Shown piece by piece: positions 11,541 through 22,523 of a stretch of DNA of 64,000 nucleotides. Below the pieces are notes generated by a model. It saw only the letters and a list, made by a program, of their open reading frames with translations, made no database searches and was not told where the DNA came from. The translations under genes were made by a program, and so were the position numbers. The DNA comes from Antedon mediterranea. Lineage: Eukaryota > Animalia > Echinodermata. Location of the stretch: NCBI RefSeq assembly GCF_964355755.1, contig NC_092671.1, positions 20,956,001 to 21,020,000 of the forward strand. Direction: 5' to 3'. The number at the start of each line of letters is the position of its first letter. Position 1 is the first letter of the stretch.

Positions 11541-13325
11541 TCATCTTTTAATATCTCTAAACGTGAGATTTATTCTTGGTAGCTTGATGGATTGATTTTT
11601 AGGCAGTGAATGGTACCAGTACTCATTAGTGGGATAATTCATCATTAATAATGTACCGTGTTTAAGATCAACAGTTACTGGCTCAATGATTCTTTTGGGA
11701 CTCTTACCTCGCGCATCACCATGTCGAAATCTAAACATACGTGTTTGCCCCAATGATACAGAGGCGATTGGACTAAAGTGATTCATGTCTTTCTCATCAT
11801 CTTTGTGTTCGCCAATGTAATCACTTCCACTAGCATATCTATAGAGTAACGACAAAATACAATAGAAAATAAAATATTTTAAGATGAGACTAAAAAAAAC
11901 CAATTATCCATTAAAACAATCTTATCTAGCAAATTGCAGAAATCATCCAGTATGAATACTGATAGTGTTCCTTCGTTTTAGAGGTAAACGATGGAACCTT
12001 TTAATCAATAAATAAAATAAATAAATAAAATAATAAACAAGAATATTTACCGGTTGACCAAAACAAAATTGAAGTAATGTCCTGTAACCGATTTTAAAAG
12101 ATCGCGGAGATCTTTCAGGAATGGTGGCCACGGTAAAGCTGGTATTGTATTGCCTGAATATTTGTAAGTTAAGCCCGAATCGCCAAACGAAACCTGCAGA
12201 GGGGAAACCATACCAAAAAAAAAAGTCATTTATTATTTGGCGAGATGTAAATGAACACGCCCAAATAAAATTATTTACAGTAAAAGAGTAAATTACACCT
12301 ATAGCTAAACAGCTGTAAATAAAGAAAAACAAAGGAAACGATATACAAGTAATTAACAAGTCATTAATACAAAACCACGGATAAAAACACAATGGAACTA
12401 ACCTGTTTCCTAGGAATATTAAACCACTTTCCGTACACTTTCACCTTTGCAAGATCACCGGTAAAATAGTCAATCTCTTCCTCACATTTTTTAAACAATG
12501 TATCGGCTGCTCCTTTATCAAGAAGTTGAAGGTAATCACAGTCTAAATTTTTCCCTATTATCTTTTGCACCGATAACTTATCAGGGGGTAGCAATTGATG
12601 TTCTGAATTGAATAAACGTCCTCCATTATCGTTTTTGTCAACACCCCCTTCAACAGTAGCCGCATTATCACTACCAACCTCCTCAGTCATCTTTTGTATT
12701 TCACCGTGTTTTTCAATTATCTTGAACCACTGACTCTTTGGAAGGTTTACACCTTTTTTTTACCGGGTTTAAACTTGCCTCCTTCTTCAGACTTGTAATA
12801 GCGGCGAATACACACAAATTGTTCTTCTTTCCAGTTACTAACTACCACATGATTTATGTCCGAAAGTGGGATTCTTACTGCCTCCACCATGTTAATGTCT
12901 CTTAGTAAGTCTTCCAGTGACTGGAGAATTAAATTGATATTGTTAAAAAGTTTTTGCCACAGCAGAACGGGTAAATTAATACCTAGAGGTCCAGGTTTGA
13001 AGGCATCATATTCTTCCGTTTGGTAATACTCTCTGAGACAAACATAAACATCGTCACCCCATCGTTGGGCCACTACATGGCGTTTTTCAGACAAGAAAAT
13101 CCGATTCTTTGAAGTTATGGAAATCTTTGGTACATCATCGGTCATTACGGCAAAATACCAGGCGCTCATTCCTGAGGCTTTACTCAAACCGTTACACTCA
13201 TCTGTTTGACCGTTAAAAGATTTTCTAGGATCCAATATATTCGCTGATGTAGAAGCCATCGTTGGTATTTTTAAACTGCTACACTCGTCAGCTTGACCAT
13301 TAGAACTCCCCATAACTCTTTTCAT
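11541..13325 (-). CDS. ALKBH2: Spliced PC4-PC4-ALKBH2-like fusion gene (exons 13325-12403, 12193-12051, 11838-11541), one frameshift at the A8 run 12754-12761
   Basis: Exons join through GT-AG introns with matching phases (PRKQ|VSFGDSG phase 0; VN CG|A YAS phase 2). The product contains VYGKWFNIPRKQ, FNFVLVNRY, IGEHKDDE (HxD), YWYHSLP (H) and RINLTFR, the ALKBH2 motifs. Upstream are two PC4-like domains: VCLREYY...FKPGPLGINLPVLLWQKL and VCIRRYY...FKPGKK/GVNLPKSQWFKI. Confidence 0.88.
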
Positions 13326-13473
13326 AGTCCTAGGGGTTTCTCACCAATTGCTAATTTCGGAGTAGGTAAACAGTTGAAACTCATGTTTATAGACTGTAGA
13401 GAGTTACAGAAAGTGAAACGAATGATCGTTGACAACTCTGAACGATTACGTTTGAATCAGGTCCGATATATAC

Positions 13474-14072
13474 TGTAATATAATGTTGCGTTGTTGAGGT
13501 ACTAATGAAGACTCTGACTCGCTTGACTGTCGTAACACATATATTGTTTATTCAGTATAATACTTCAGTACAATATACAACTATAAGTATAGATAAGGAA
13601 CGGACGATCAATGATGCTGTCAGTGAGGTGTGAAGTGTGTAGGTCTGCTTCTGAAGAAGTGGCTGTGAGGTGTAGATGTTCTTCTGAAGAAGTGGCTGTG
13701 AGGTGTAGATGTTCTTCTGAAACTTGGGAGTATATTGGCTCAGTTCATTTGCATAATGTCATTACATCATTTATGGAGCTAATGATTGGTCCTAAGTTGG
13801 TCCAGGGGTGTTTAAGTGGGAGTGATTAACGGTATAATAAGGTATTTCTGTGATGGATGACACTGTCAAATCTGTACTTAAATAGTGTCAGTCACTCCTG
13901 GTTTAACGATGGGAAAAGTCACAAAATTAAGCTAAGTGTTTTCTTTAGGGATTCTATTATAAACTAAATGGTCATTAAAACATCTGGACTTTCTGGGTCA
14001 AGTTTGTGCACTTATTTGAATTCCGATACAAAGGTCGATTTCTTAAATATAAAAGTATATCGTTATATTACA
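13474..14072 (-). repeat. 3' LTR (599 bp)
   Basis: Nearly identical to 16224-16838; begins tgtaatataa and ends ttatattaca. Confidence 0.95.
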
Positions 14073-16223
14073 TCCCTCTGTTTCCCTTTTTTTTTCTAAT
14101 CTATTTAAAATATAAAAATGGTTATAATAGTGGCATGCAAAATTAAAGTTATATAAAAGAAAAAAAACATTATTATACATATAAGCAAAAATTGAGTTAG
14201 CCAAAACCATTGACTCTGAAGTGTAACCTTATCACTTTCACTCTCTCTCTTCTCTCTCTTAAAAAAAATTAAATTAAAAATGAATTTGGTATAAAATTCG
14301 CGTAAATCAAACAAAAATCGGTTAAAAATAAAAATACAAAACTTAAAAATAGTATGTTACATTGAACATACGTCAAATCGTGCGACAACTCATCGCATTC
14401 TAATGGCCTTCAAATATAAATCAATCAAATCAAAACATAAAATTCAAGAAACTGTGGCTGATTAGCCTAGAATCAAAATATCAAACTCAATCACTTAAAA
14501 CTTTAAAGAAACAAATGTGTGTGTCCCGTTGACACAAACTTATCCACAATATATCATTATCATCACAACTTTGTCGATTTAAGCATTTATATTCACAGGT
14601 AATTACGATTTCAATCAATCGACAAATTCGACTTTTGTACTCAATGTCAAAAAAATTACAATTAAAAGTACTAAGAAAATCTCCTGTTTTTGTATATCAA
14701 TTAAGTAATGCTTGAGATTAACGACTCAAAGGTTAAACAAAATATTTGTTACAAAATGATTGTCGTTCTTTTCAATATCTCAATATATCGATCATCAAAA
14801 TTCAAATTTAATCTTTATCAAAAAACTCGTTACAAAATCAATACTTAAACATAAATTCAATTTTCTTTTAACTGAAATCACATCATTACTAAACAAATCT
14901 CATTAAATACGTAGACTATGCTATTATTAATTTAGCAAATGTCGTAATTTAAAAATAATCTTGCAAAAAAAAATTAAATCAGTAATTCGTTGCATTATAC
15001 AAACGTTTTATGAATCGTTTTGGCGATCCACTTATCGGTATCTGTTTATCATTAATGATCTCTTTAATTAATTTATCTGTATCGTTATATCTGTCAATAT
15101 TCCACCAAAATTTGCGATCATTAGATTCGTGTTTTGTTTTATCGGTGTTGCGTTTGGCTGAAGTCGGTTTAGAATATGAAACTAAAACTTGGAAATGTCC
15201 TGCTTTAAATCTACCTCGGTTTAATGTCATATTTGAATCATTAGGTGCTGTCATAATTAAATTAGTTTGTTCCTTAATTTGTTCCTCTTTCATTTGGAAT
15301 GGGGCTGCTAATCCCATGTTATTCTCTACACAGTCAAAGTAAGGTTGTAAGTTAAGGGGGTCTATCTTAGTTGGATGTGTAAGGGTATCTGATTGCAATT
15401 GGGCTGGTGTCCTATCATGTTCGTCGATAAATTAAACATTGTTTTCGTCATTTACTACGTTAACGGTGTTCTGAATTTTCTCATTATTATTATTGGCGGG
15501 TTTATTAAACAATTATTTTAACAATTTAAAAAACAATTTTAGTGTGTATATATGTAAACTCTCACTTTTTCAATCAAGGTTACAAATCAAAAATCAAAAT
15601 GGTTTTGACTTACCCCAAATGCTTCGGATCCAATTAAAAATGAATTAAAGGAATGCAAAAAGTGTTCAAAAATGTTTAAATGTTCAAACAACAAATTAAA
15701 GAAATGTTAAAAGTGTTCATCAATGTTCAAATTTTCAAACAACGAATTCAAAAAAATGCGAAAGGTGTTCATCAATGTTCAAAAAAGTAAATGTTAAAAA
15801 AAACGATCGAAAAAAAAAACGGCGTGAAGTTGAAAGTCTCTAAACGAAACAGTTCTTGTCCGCTTGCTTCTGTTTTGATTCTTCTTGGGTCTTCCTCGAT
15901 TATCTTCTTTGTCTTTATCCAATGGTTATAATTTGATAAAATTTCTGCTTGTCTCGATCTCATTCAAATATAATTTCAGCTTGTCTTTTGTGTCTTCCTC
16001 GATTATCTTCTTTGTCTTCATCCAATGGTAATAATTTGATAAAATTTCTGCTTGTCTCGATCTCATTCAAATACAATTTCAGCTTGTCTTTTGAGTCAAA
16101 GTAAATTTCTGGTTTTCTCCTTTCAAACAAATATGGTTATTTTTGTCTTCGTCTTCGTGTCTTGTTAAGTGTTTATTTCTTGTTTTCTCACTCTGTTCCT
16201 TATGAAATTTGGGTCTTCCACCA

Positions 16224-16838
16224 TGTAATATAATGTTGCGTTGTTGAGGTACTAATGAAGACTCTGACTCGCTTGACTGTCGTAACACATATATTGTTTA
16301 TTCAGTATAATACTTCAGTACAATATACAACTATAAGTATAGATAGGGAACGGACGATCAATGATGCTGTCAGTGAGGTGTGAAGTGTGTAGGTCTGCTT
16401 CTGAAGAAGTGGCTGTGAGGTGTAGATGTTCTTCTGAAGAAGTGGCTGTGAGGTGTAGATGTTCTTCTGAAACTTGGGAGTATATTGGCTCAGTTCATTT
16501 GCATAATGTCATTACATCATTTATGGAGCTAATGATTGGTCCTAAGTTGGTCCAGGGGTGTTTAAGTGGGAGTGATTAACGGTATAATAAGGTATTTCTG
16601 TGATGGATGACACTGTCAAATCTGTACTTAAATAGTGTCAGTCACTCCTGGTTTAACGATGGGAAAAGTCACAAAATTAAGCTAAGTGTTTTCTTTAGGG
16701 ATTCTATTATAAACTAAATGGTCATTAAAACATCTGGACAAACTCTCCTCTGGACTTTCTGGGTCAAGTTTGTGCACTTATTTGAATTCCGATACAAAGG
16801 TCGATTTCTTAAATATAAAAGTATATCGTTATATTACA
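16224..16838 (-). repeat. 5' LTR (615 bp)
   Basis: By eye differs from the other LTR by one substitution (gataagg/gataggg) and a 16-bp indel near 16740. Confidence 0.95.
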
Positions 16839-16964
16839 ATACAGTTATTAATTGATTTTTTCCTGTCAATTGTTTCCCTGCAACATGTGCTAATTAAAGC
16901 ATTATTAACTTTTTGTTTGTTTGTTTCCCTTCAATCGTTTTCCGTGACACGTGCGAAACACAAT

Positions 16965-17566
16965 TTAAATTTCCTCGCACAACAGCTTAAAAATAGTCTC
17001 TGAATTAATCAGGGTATTTACAAGAAAATAAACGAAATGTCTATACCGAGGCAATGAATATTCTCCGTGCATATTTAGTTCGTTGTAAACGGTAACGGCT
17101 GAAACATACTTCATATCCAGAACCTCCCGATAAAAATAGTCAATCTGTTCTTCTAGAGATTTCATACAACAGAAATCATGATCTTTTTTACTGCTCCTGT
17201 CAAATTCACAACCATAACAAGCCGCTTTACTTAACAACCAACACTGGGCTAACACTTGAGCAGCAAACAATTGTTTAATCAAACGCTCCATTTTCAACAA
17301 AAATTCTCTCTCTACCTCGTCTACGTACGTAAATATACAACTTGTAGGCCTGTTACTCCTCTCGATTCCTTCATCTATACCGGCGGGGATAACCTCTTCG
17401 GCCTCCATGTAACGATCATCTATATCACTGCCTGGAACAACAGTGTATAGAAACACCTGGCGGAAATAATAATTAAAATTGACCATCAAAAATAATAACA
17501 AGGACAGAACGGAAACCCGAAATAATTAGATTAATTAACCTCCTGCAAGGACGATTTATAATCCAT
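16965..17566 (-). CDS. Small Cys/His-motif protein of the Polinton-like element (predicted exons 17566-17540 and 17456-16965)
   Basis: Open frame with CYGCEFDRSSKKDHDFCC. A predicted micro-exon MDYKSSLQE|gttaat...ccag|VFLY (83-bp phase-0 intron) supplies an ATG just inside the right TIR. Confidence 0.65.
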
Positions 17567-17573
17567 TGCATAA

Positions 17574-17843
17574 CACCATCTAAATATAAAATAAATATAT
17601 TAATAAATAACGCCCCTAAACAAAGAAAGACCTTCATTAATTAAGAATAATTTAATTATTACGAAACCAGGAAAAGAACGAACTTCATTAATTAAGAATA
17701 ATTTAATTATTATGAAACCAGGAAAAGAATGACCTTCATTAATTAAGAATAATTTAATTATTACAATAACAGGAAATCTAATTAATTAATTAATTAAGTA
17801 ATTATGAAATGCTAGGGTGGACTGAAGTACCTTTTCTTCTACT
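17574..17843 (-). repeat. Right TIR of the Polinton-like element
   Basis: Reverse complement of the left TIR, with one extra 51-bp unit and one extra TAAT unit. Confidence 0.95.
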
Positions 17844-19270
17844 TGTGTCCGAGCGCATCATCTAATTTCGACTACTGTTTGTGTTGATTTTTTCATTAGA
17901 ATGTCTGCCGACTGATTGACAAACTTCAACGTGCATGTTGTCACTTTCAGAAGAGCACCCCAGATTAATATTCACACAGCACAAAGTCCCATATCCAATA
18001 TTGCATTCATGTTGTAGCTTAGTCTACAGATATTTCAAAGTAAAGGAATACTTCGTTTATTACAAAATCAATGGTCGTAAATAGTTATATTCTTGACAAT
18101 TTGTTGTTTTTTAAATAATTTGTCAGAGGCCGGGAAGATTTTTATTATACTCAATCATGCTATGCGAATTGTTATTAAGGCAGACAAACCGCGGAGCACG
18201 GGTTACTTCTAGACCACAATTTAATTACAAAAGTAACAAGTGATAGGTAACAAATCTCCCACACAAAACAAATTGCGAAAAAAACCCAGTGAAATAAAAT
18301 GTAAATGAATAAACTTAATCATTCCTTTCTCCGTTTCCGCAGCATGTGTTTTTCATTCGATTTTTGTCCATTTTTGTATGTATCACATAATTAATACACC
18401 ACTAAAAACACCCAAAATAAAATAGTTTGGGATTGGCATTTTATACTTTTATGTGTTTGCGCGCATCATTCACACAGCACAATTTGTCTTTAGCGTCATT
18501 CTAATCGTTACGTCAGAAATTTGCATATTCACTTTTGAGGAAACGAATCTAGTTTTAACCTCGCTATAAAAGAAAAAAGTTATGCGAGCTTCTGTGTTTG
18601 GGGTTCACAGATTTAAACGTCCCCCTTTCCACCGCACATAATGAGGCAATAACATCAAAGCATCTGATGCGTGGTACCCCCAAGGCTGTGTGTGAGAGAG
18701 CCTTACCGTGCTATAGGCAAGGGAGCACACCATCATTATTGTTGGCCTCTTTCCGATCTCGTAAATTATATGTTTGGCGCCCTCAATTTTAAGAACACCT
18801 AAGTTATGTCAGAAAATTAGGAACAAATAAATAGAAATGTGATGCCGATGCCTGGCCTAGCAAGTGTATTCTCTCTATTTATTTAAATACATATGCAATA
18901 TTGTAATGAATAATGTTCACAATTTGTTGTGAATTTTTTTTTCGGGGTTGGTGGTGTTTGGTGACATTTGCAATTACCATTTTCGCACCTCAGATATTGT
19001 TGGAAATTATATATTAGTTTTACACTCAAAACTAAAAATATAAATTTGTACCGACATATGGGATAACATTTTTGGCCCACTCACTTTGTGTCAGTTAGGC
19101 TTTTACAGACGTTTTTTAATTAGGGCCACATTTTGGGGGGATTTGGCATTATTTTTCCAAATCAGGCATTATTTGAGACAGGCTACGGCATAATTTAAAT
19201 TTTATTGCTGGCAACACTGTAGGCTAGTCTCTCTGTACTGTATAACCAAAGAATATATTCTTTGGTATAC

Positions 19271-22200
19271 CAAAGATCTTATATTATACTAAAGATGTGA
19301 CACTACCCGTGTTTACGCGTAACACTTTAGAAGCGTCAAATTATAGTGCGCCCCCTCGCTTAAACAAGTAACTAACTTTTGCGTGACGATCGCAGTATTC
19401 TTTAGAAAATGGGATTGAGGAGTCGCGCCAAAGTTTGTATGGTTAAGAAACAATGAATGAAAAGAGAAAAAGTGGAGGGATGTACTGTGCTGCAATTAAT
19501 TGTAAAAGCAAGTCAAAGGCCAACCCAGAACTTAAGTTTTACAATTTTCCCAAAGATAAGAACAGGTAAATTTATGTAATTAAATAAGTACGGTAGCCTA
19601 CATCTTAACATATGCTATGTAGGCCTAGGCCTAGGGACTAATCTTACTTTACTGTATTCAATTTATACATATATTAATAAACTAGGCTAGGTAGGCCTAT
19701 TATTAATAATTATTATTTAAACGTATGAAATGATTATTATTATCATTATTAGGCTACTACTAGTACATTAGTTTTATAACAGTGAAATTACACTAATTTC
19801 ACTGTTCCCTGGTTATATTACTTATCCTTTAAAATTTAATACCCTTAACAAACAATTTTTGAAACTTTCAATTCAAGAAAAATCTATTGACCAAATATAT
19901 ATCATTACAATTGTTGGCAGCGCATATAAGTAAAAATTTGGTCGAAAGACTACGAGAAGCCCAATTGGCATGTCGCTGTAGGCCTAGTCCCTCTTTTTAC
20001 ATTATAGGCCTACAAATAATAATAATAATACTTAATATAAACAAATTGTGATCTTGATTATTTCATGCTTTCCGTCTCATGGTAAATATTTGCTTTCTGT
20101 CTCATGGTTATTTTATTTCGTTTAATTTAACTAGCCGTTACATACATTACAGTATATTAACGCATGAAATGATTATTATTATCATTATTAGGTTAGGACA
20201 TTAGTTATAATAACAGTGAAATTGCACTATTTGTATTGTTCCCTGGTTATATTACTTATCCGTTGAGTAGCCCTAACAAACAATTTTTAATTGAATCTTA
20301 TACTTAATATTTATGAAATTCAACCGTTAGTTAGTTAGTGGTTTTAGGTTAGGCCTAAGTACTTGATTTTAGGCCCTAACCAATTTAAAAATCAATTAGC
20401 ATGCACGTAGACGTCCTATAATTACGTAAACGTTAATTATGATAAAGCAAAAACTCACTAGACAATTATTAATTTACAGGTGTGCAAAATGGGCCCAGAA
20501 CACACGACGCGCGGATTTGAGAACGAAACCAAGTTCCTATTTACATCGTAATTGCCACTTGTGCAATATTCATTTCGAAGAATCTCAAATATTCGATTCA
20601 TGCAATGCCAGATGCATACAGAATACAAACATCTACAAACGGGCAGCTACACCTACGTCTATTCACGTCCAGTTCTGGAAAGATTGTTGCGAATGGATAT
20701 CTTCGTGGACGGTGAGTGACGGCTCGACGAAACAGATTGAATGTATCGATGGCTGGCTACTGACGATCAACGCGATGATCGGGTTGCATGACGAATTAAT
20801 CAACAATCACGCCTTTAAGTTTATACTCACAGGCAGACTAAATCAAGATTGCCTTGAGAACTTTTCTATTGTCAGATCGCTATAACCCGATGGTAGATGA
20901 ATTTAGAGCCTCCCTGAAGGAAGTTATGTGCAACAGGATGTTAATTCCGTTAGGGAATTCGAATTGCCTAGAAGACACTGATCGACAGCTAAATGGAATT
21001 GATGCAATAATGATGGCCCAATCATCATCATCATCAACGCCACAATCGCATCATGTTGTCGATCATGAAGACAACGATGCCACCACTGACGACGACTGCT
21101 GCTGCTGCTTAGAAGACTTTGAGATGACTCAGCTAAATACTTTAGTATATGTAGCCGGTTACGTCAAGAAAGTAAGTGTAAATACACAACTGCGATATCA
21201 GTGCGATGCGAGAAACCAATCGAAAACTGGAAGACCCAAAGCAGTTCTAACACATTTTAAGTCTTATATGCCCATCAACCAGTACAACGACTTCGGGGGA
21301 TTAATTATGCCTACTGACAATGTAGTTAATGTCCTATCTATCTGTGAAAAGATTTTTGTTTCTAACTTTAACAAATACTTACATACATCAAACATCAGCA
21401 GAAAAATAAAGTAAAAAATCGCTACCATGTTACATAGATTTGGTATGAAGTTGAATCTTTGTTCACCAGCAATTGAAACATTGCTAATTGAAACGTACGT
21501 AAACCTACGCATATTCTATGCTGTTAAATTCTTCAACAGAGACATAATCAGTGATAAGAAGAAGAGTAAAAAATTAATTAAAGTATCACATTTATGAGGT
21601 ATGGTAAAGTTGTAGGAGGTCTGTACGCGCCCCGGTCTGTGCATTATCGGCTAGAAATGATGATCATTACGACGGTCTGGTATGATGATTGAATAATTGT
21701 AAATATGATGATTTTATTTCAATGTTTCTACATTTTTTATAATTCCTCTGGGTGGCCCGTGCATCATTTCGCAATAGTTATTGAGTTAATTTTAAACCGA
21801 GACTACTATAACATAACTAATTGTTATCTCAGGTTTTAAATAAATTATACTAATAAATGAATGTCATGGCGAATGATGGGTACATGTATGCCTAGTATGA
21901 ATTGTCTCAGAATTGACTATCATAATCTGTTTCATATCATGCCTGTAGGCTTAAGCCCATGATTGTTTATAAATATATTTCGAAAAATTACTGCAATAAA
22001 ATAGTCGAAGTAGTGTTTTTAAAAAGTGACTTCTTGTTCTTTTTTAATTGTTTATAACACATTATTTGACTAATATAATTTCCTAATCTGCACTGTTTTG
22101 CTGCTGGATGAAAAAGAAGAACACATCAAGAACAAAAACGGAATACGATGCGCTTAGTGTTAATACCAGAGGGACCGAATCGCATAAATAAGTAGTACTA

Positions 22201-22523
22201 GTAGTGATGTGAGTGATGATTACTCCTAGGCCTAGATGATGATTTTGAGGATGATGATAAACATTCAATAATAACAACAATATTCAGTAATTAAAACAAA
22301 TAGAGATATACAAAGTACAGGAAATAAGTCTATCATTATAATTTAATAACACATTACCGCAATTATTGTGATGAAAAAAATTTAGTATTAGTACAGTATT
22401 ACAGTAGACATATATCTGATCCATAAATCTACTTGTTTGAGCGAGAGGGCGCCCTATAAAATGAGCTCCATCCATGTGTGTGTTACATGAATTGCATACA
22501 CATGCATGCATATAAGGTCTTTG
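19271..22523 (+). mobile_element. Internally deleted P-element/THAP9-like transposon
   Basis: Ends caaagatcttatat / atataaggtctttg; internal inverted repeats tatagtgcgccccctcgcttaaacaagta (~19342) / tacttgtttgagcgagagggcgccctata (~22430). Encodes a transposase remnant. TSD is imperfect. Confidence 0.8.
19453..21597 (+). pseudogene. THAP-domain P transposase remnant (exon 19453-19565, exon from 20480)
   Basis: MYCAAINC...FYNFPKDKN R CAKW...LCNIHFEESQ (spliced C2CH THAP domain) fused directly to C-terminal motifs GWLLTINA, FILTGRLNQDCLENF and LVYVAGYV. The central catalytic region is missing and there are frameshifts near 20865 and 21414. Confidence 0.88.

Larger units (their letters stand above)
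13474..16838 (-). mobile_element. Non-autonomous LTR retrotransposon (LARD/TRIM-like), recent insertion
   Basis: Two TG...CA LTRs and a 4-bp TSD atac (13470-13473, 16839-16842). On the minus strand a PBS-like TGGTGGAAGACCC follows LTR 16224-16838 and a polypurine tract (rc of tccctctgtttcccttttt, 14073-14097) precedes LTR 13474-14072. No pol ORF. Confidence 0.92.
7017..17843. mobile_element. Non-autonomous Polinton/Maverick-like element carrying cargo genes
   Basis: Termini 5'-AGTAGAAGAAAAGG...CCTTTTCTTCTACT-3', long near-identical TIRs and a perfect 6-bp TSD tgtgtc (7011-7016, 17844-17849). No pPolB, integrase, ATPase, protease or capsid ORF was seen inside. Confidence 0.8.

Noticed and set aside
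11943-12392. 149-aa hydrophobic ORF
   Set aside because: It spans introns and an alternative frame of ALKBH2 exon 2; its composition reflects T-rich intron sequence.
11541-12690. Ordinary host ALKBH2 locus
   Set aside because: It lies inside TIRs with a perfect TSD, is continuous with PC4 domains, and has no flanking host genes. A host identity is not formally excluded without a genome search.
13611-13829. 72-aa ORF duplicated at 16361-16579
   Set aside because: It lies inside the LTRs, antisense to the element, over a 33-bp tandem repeat; the identity reflects LTR duplication.
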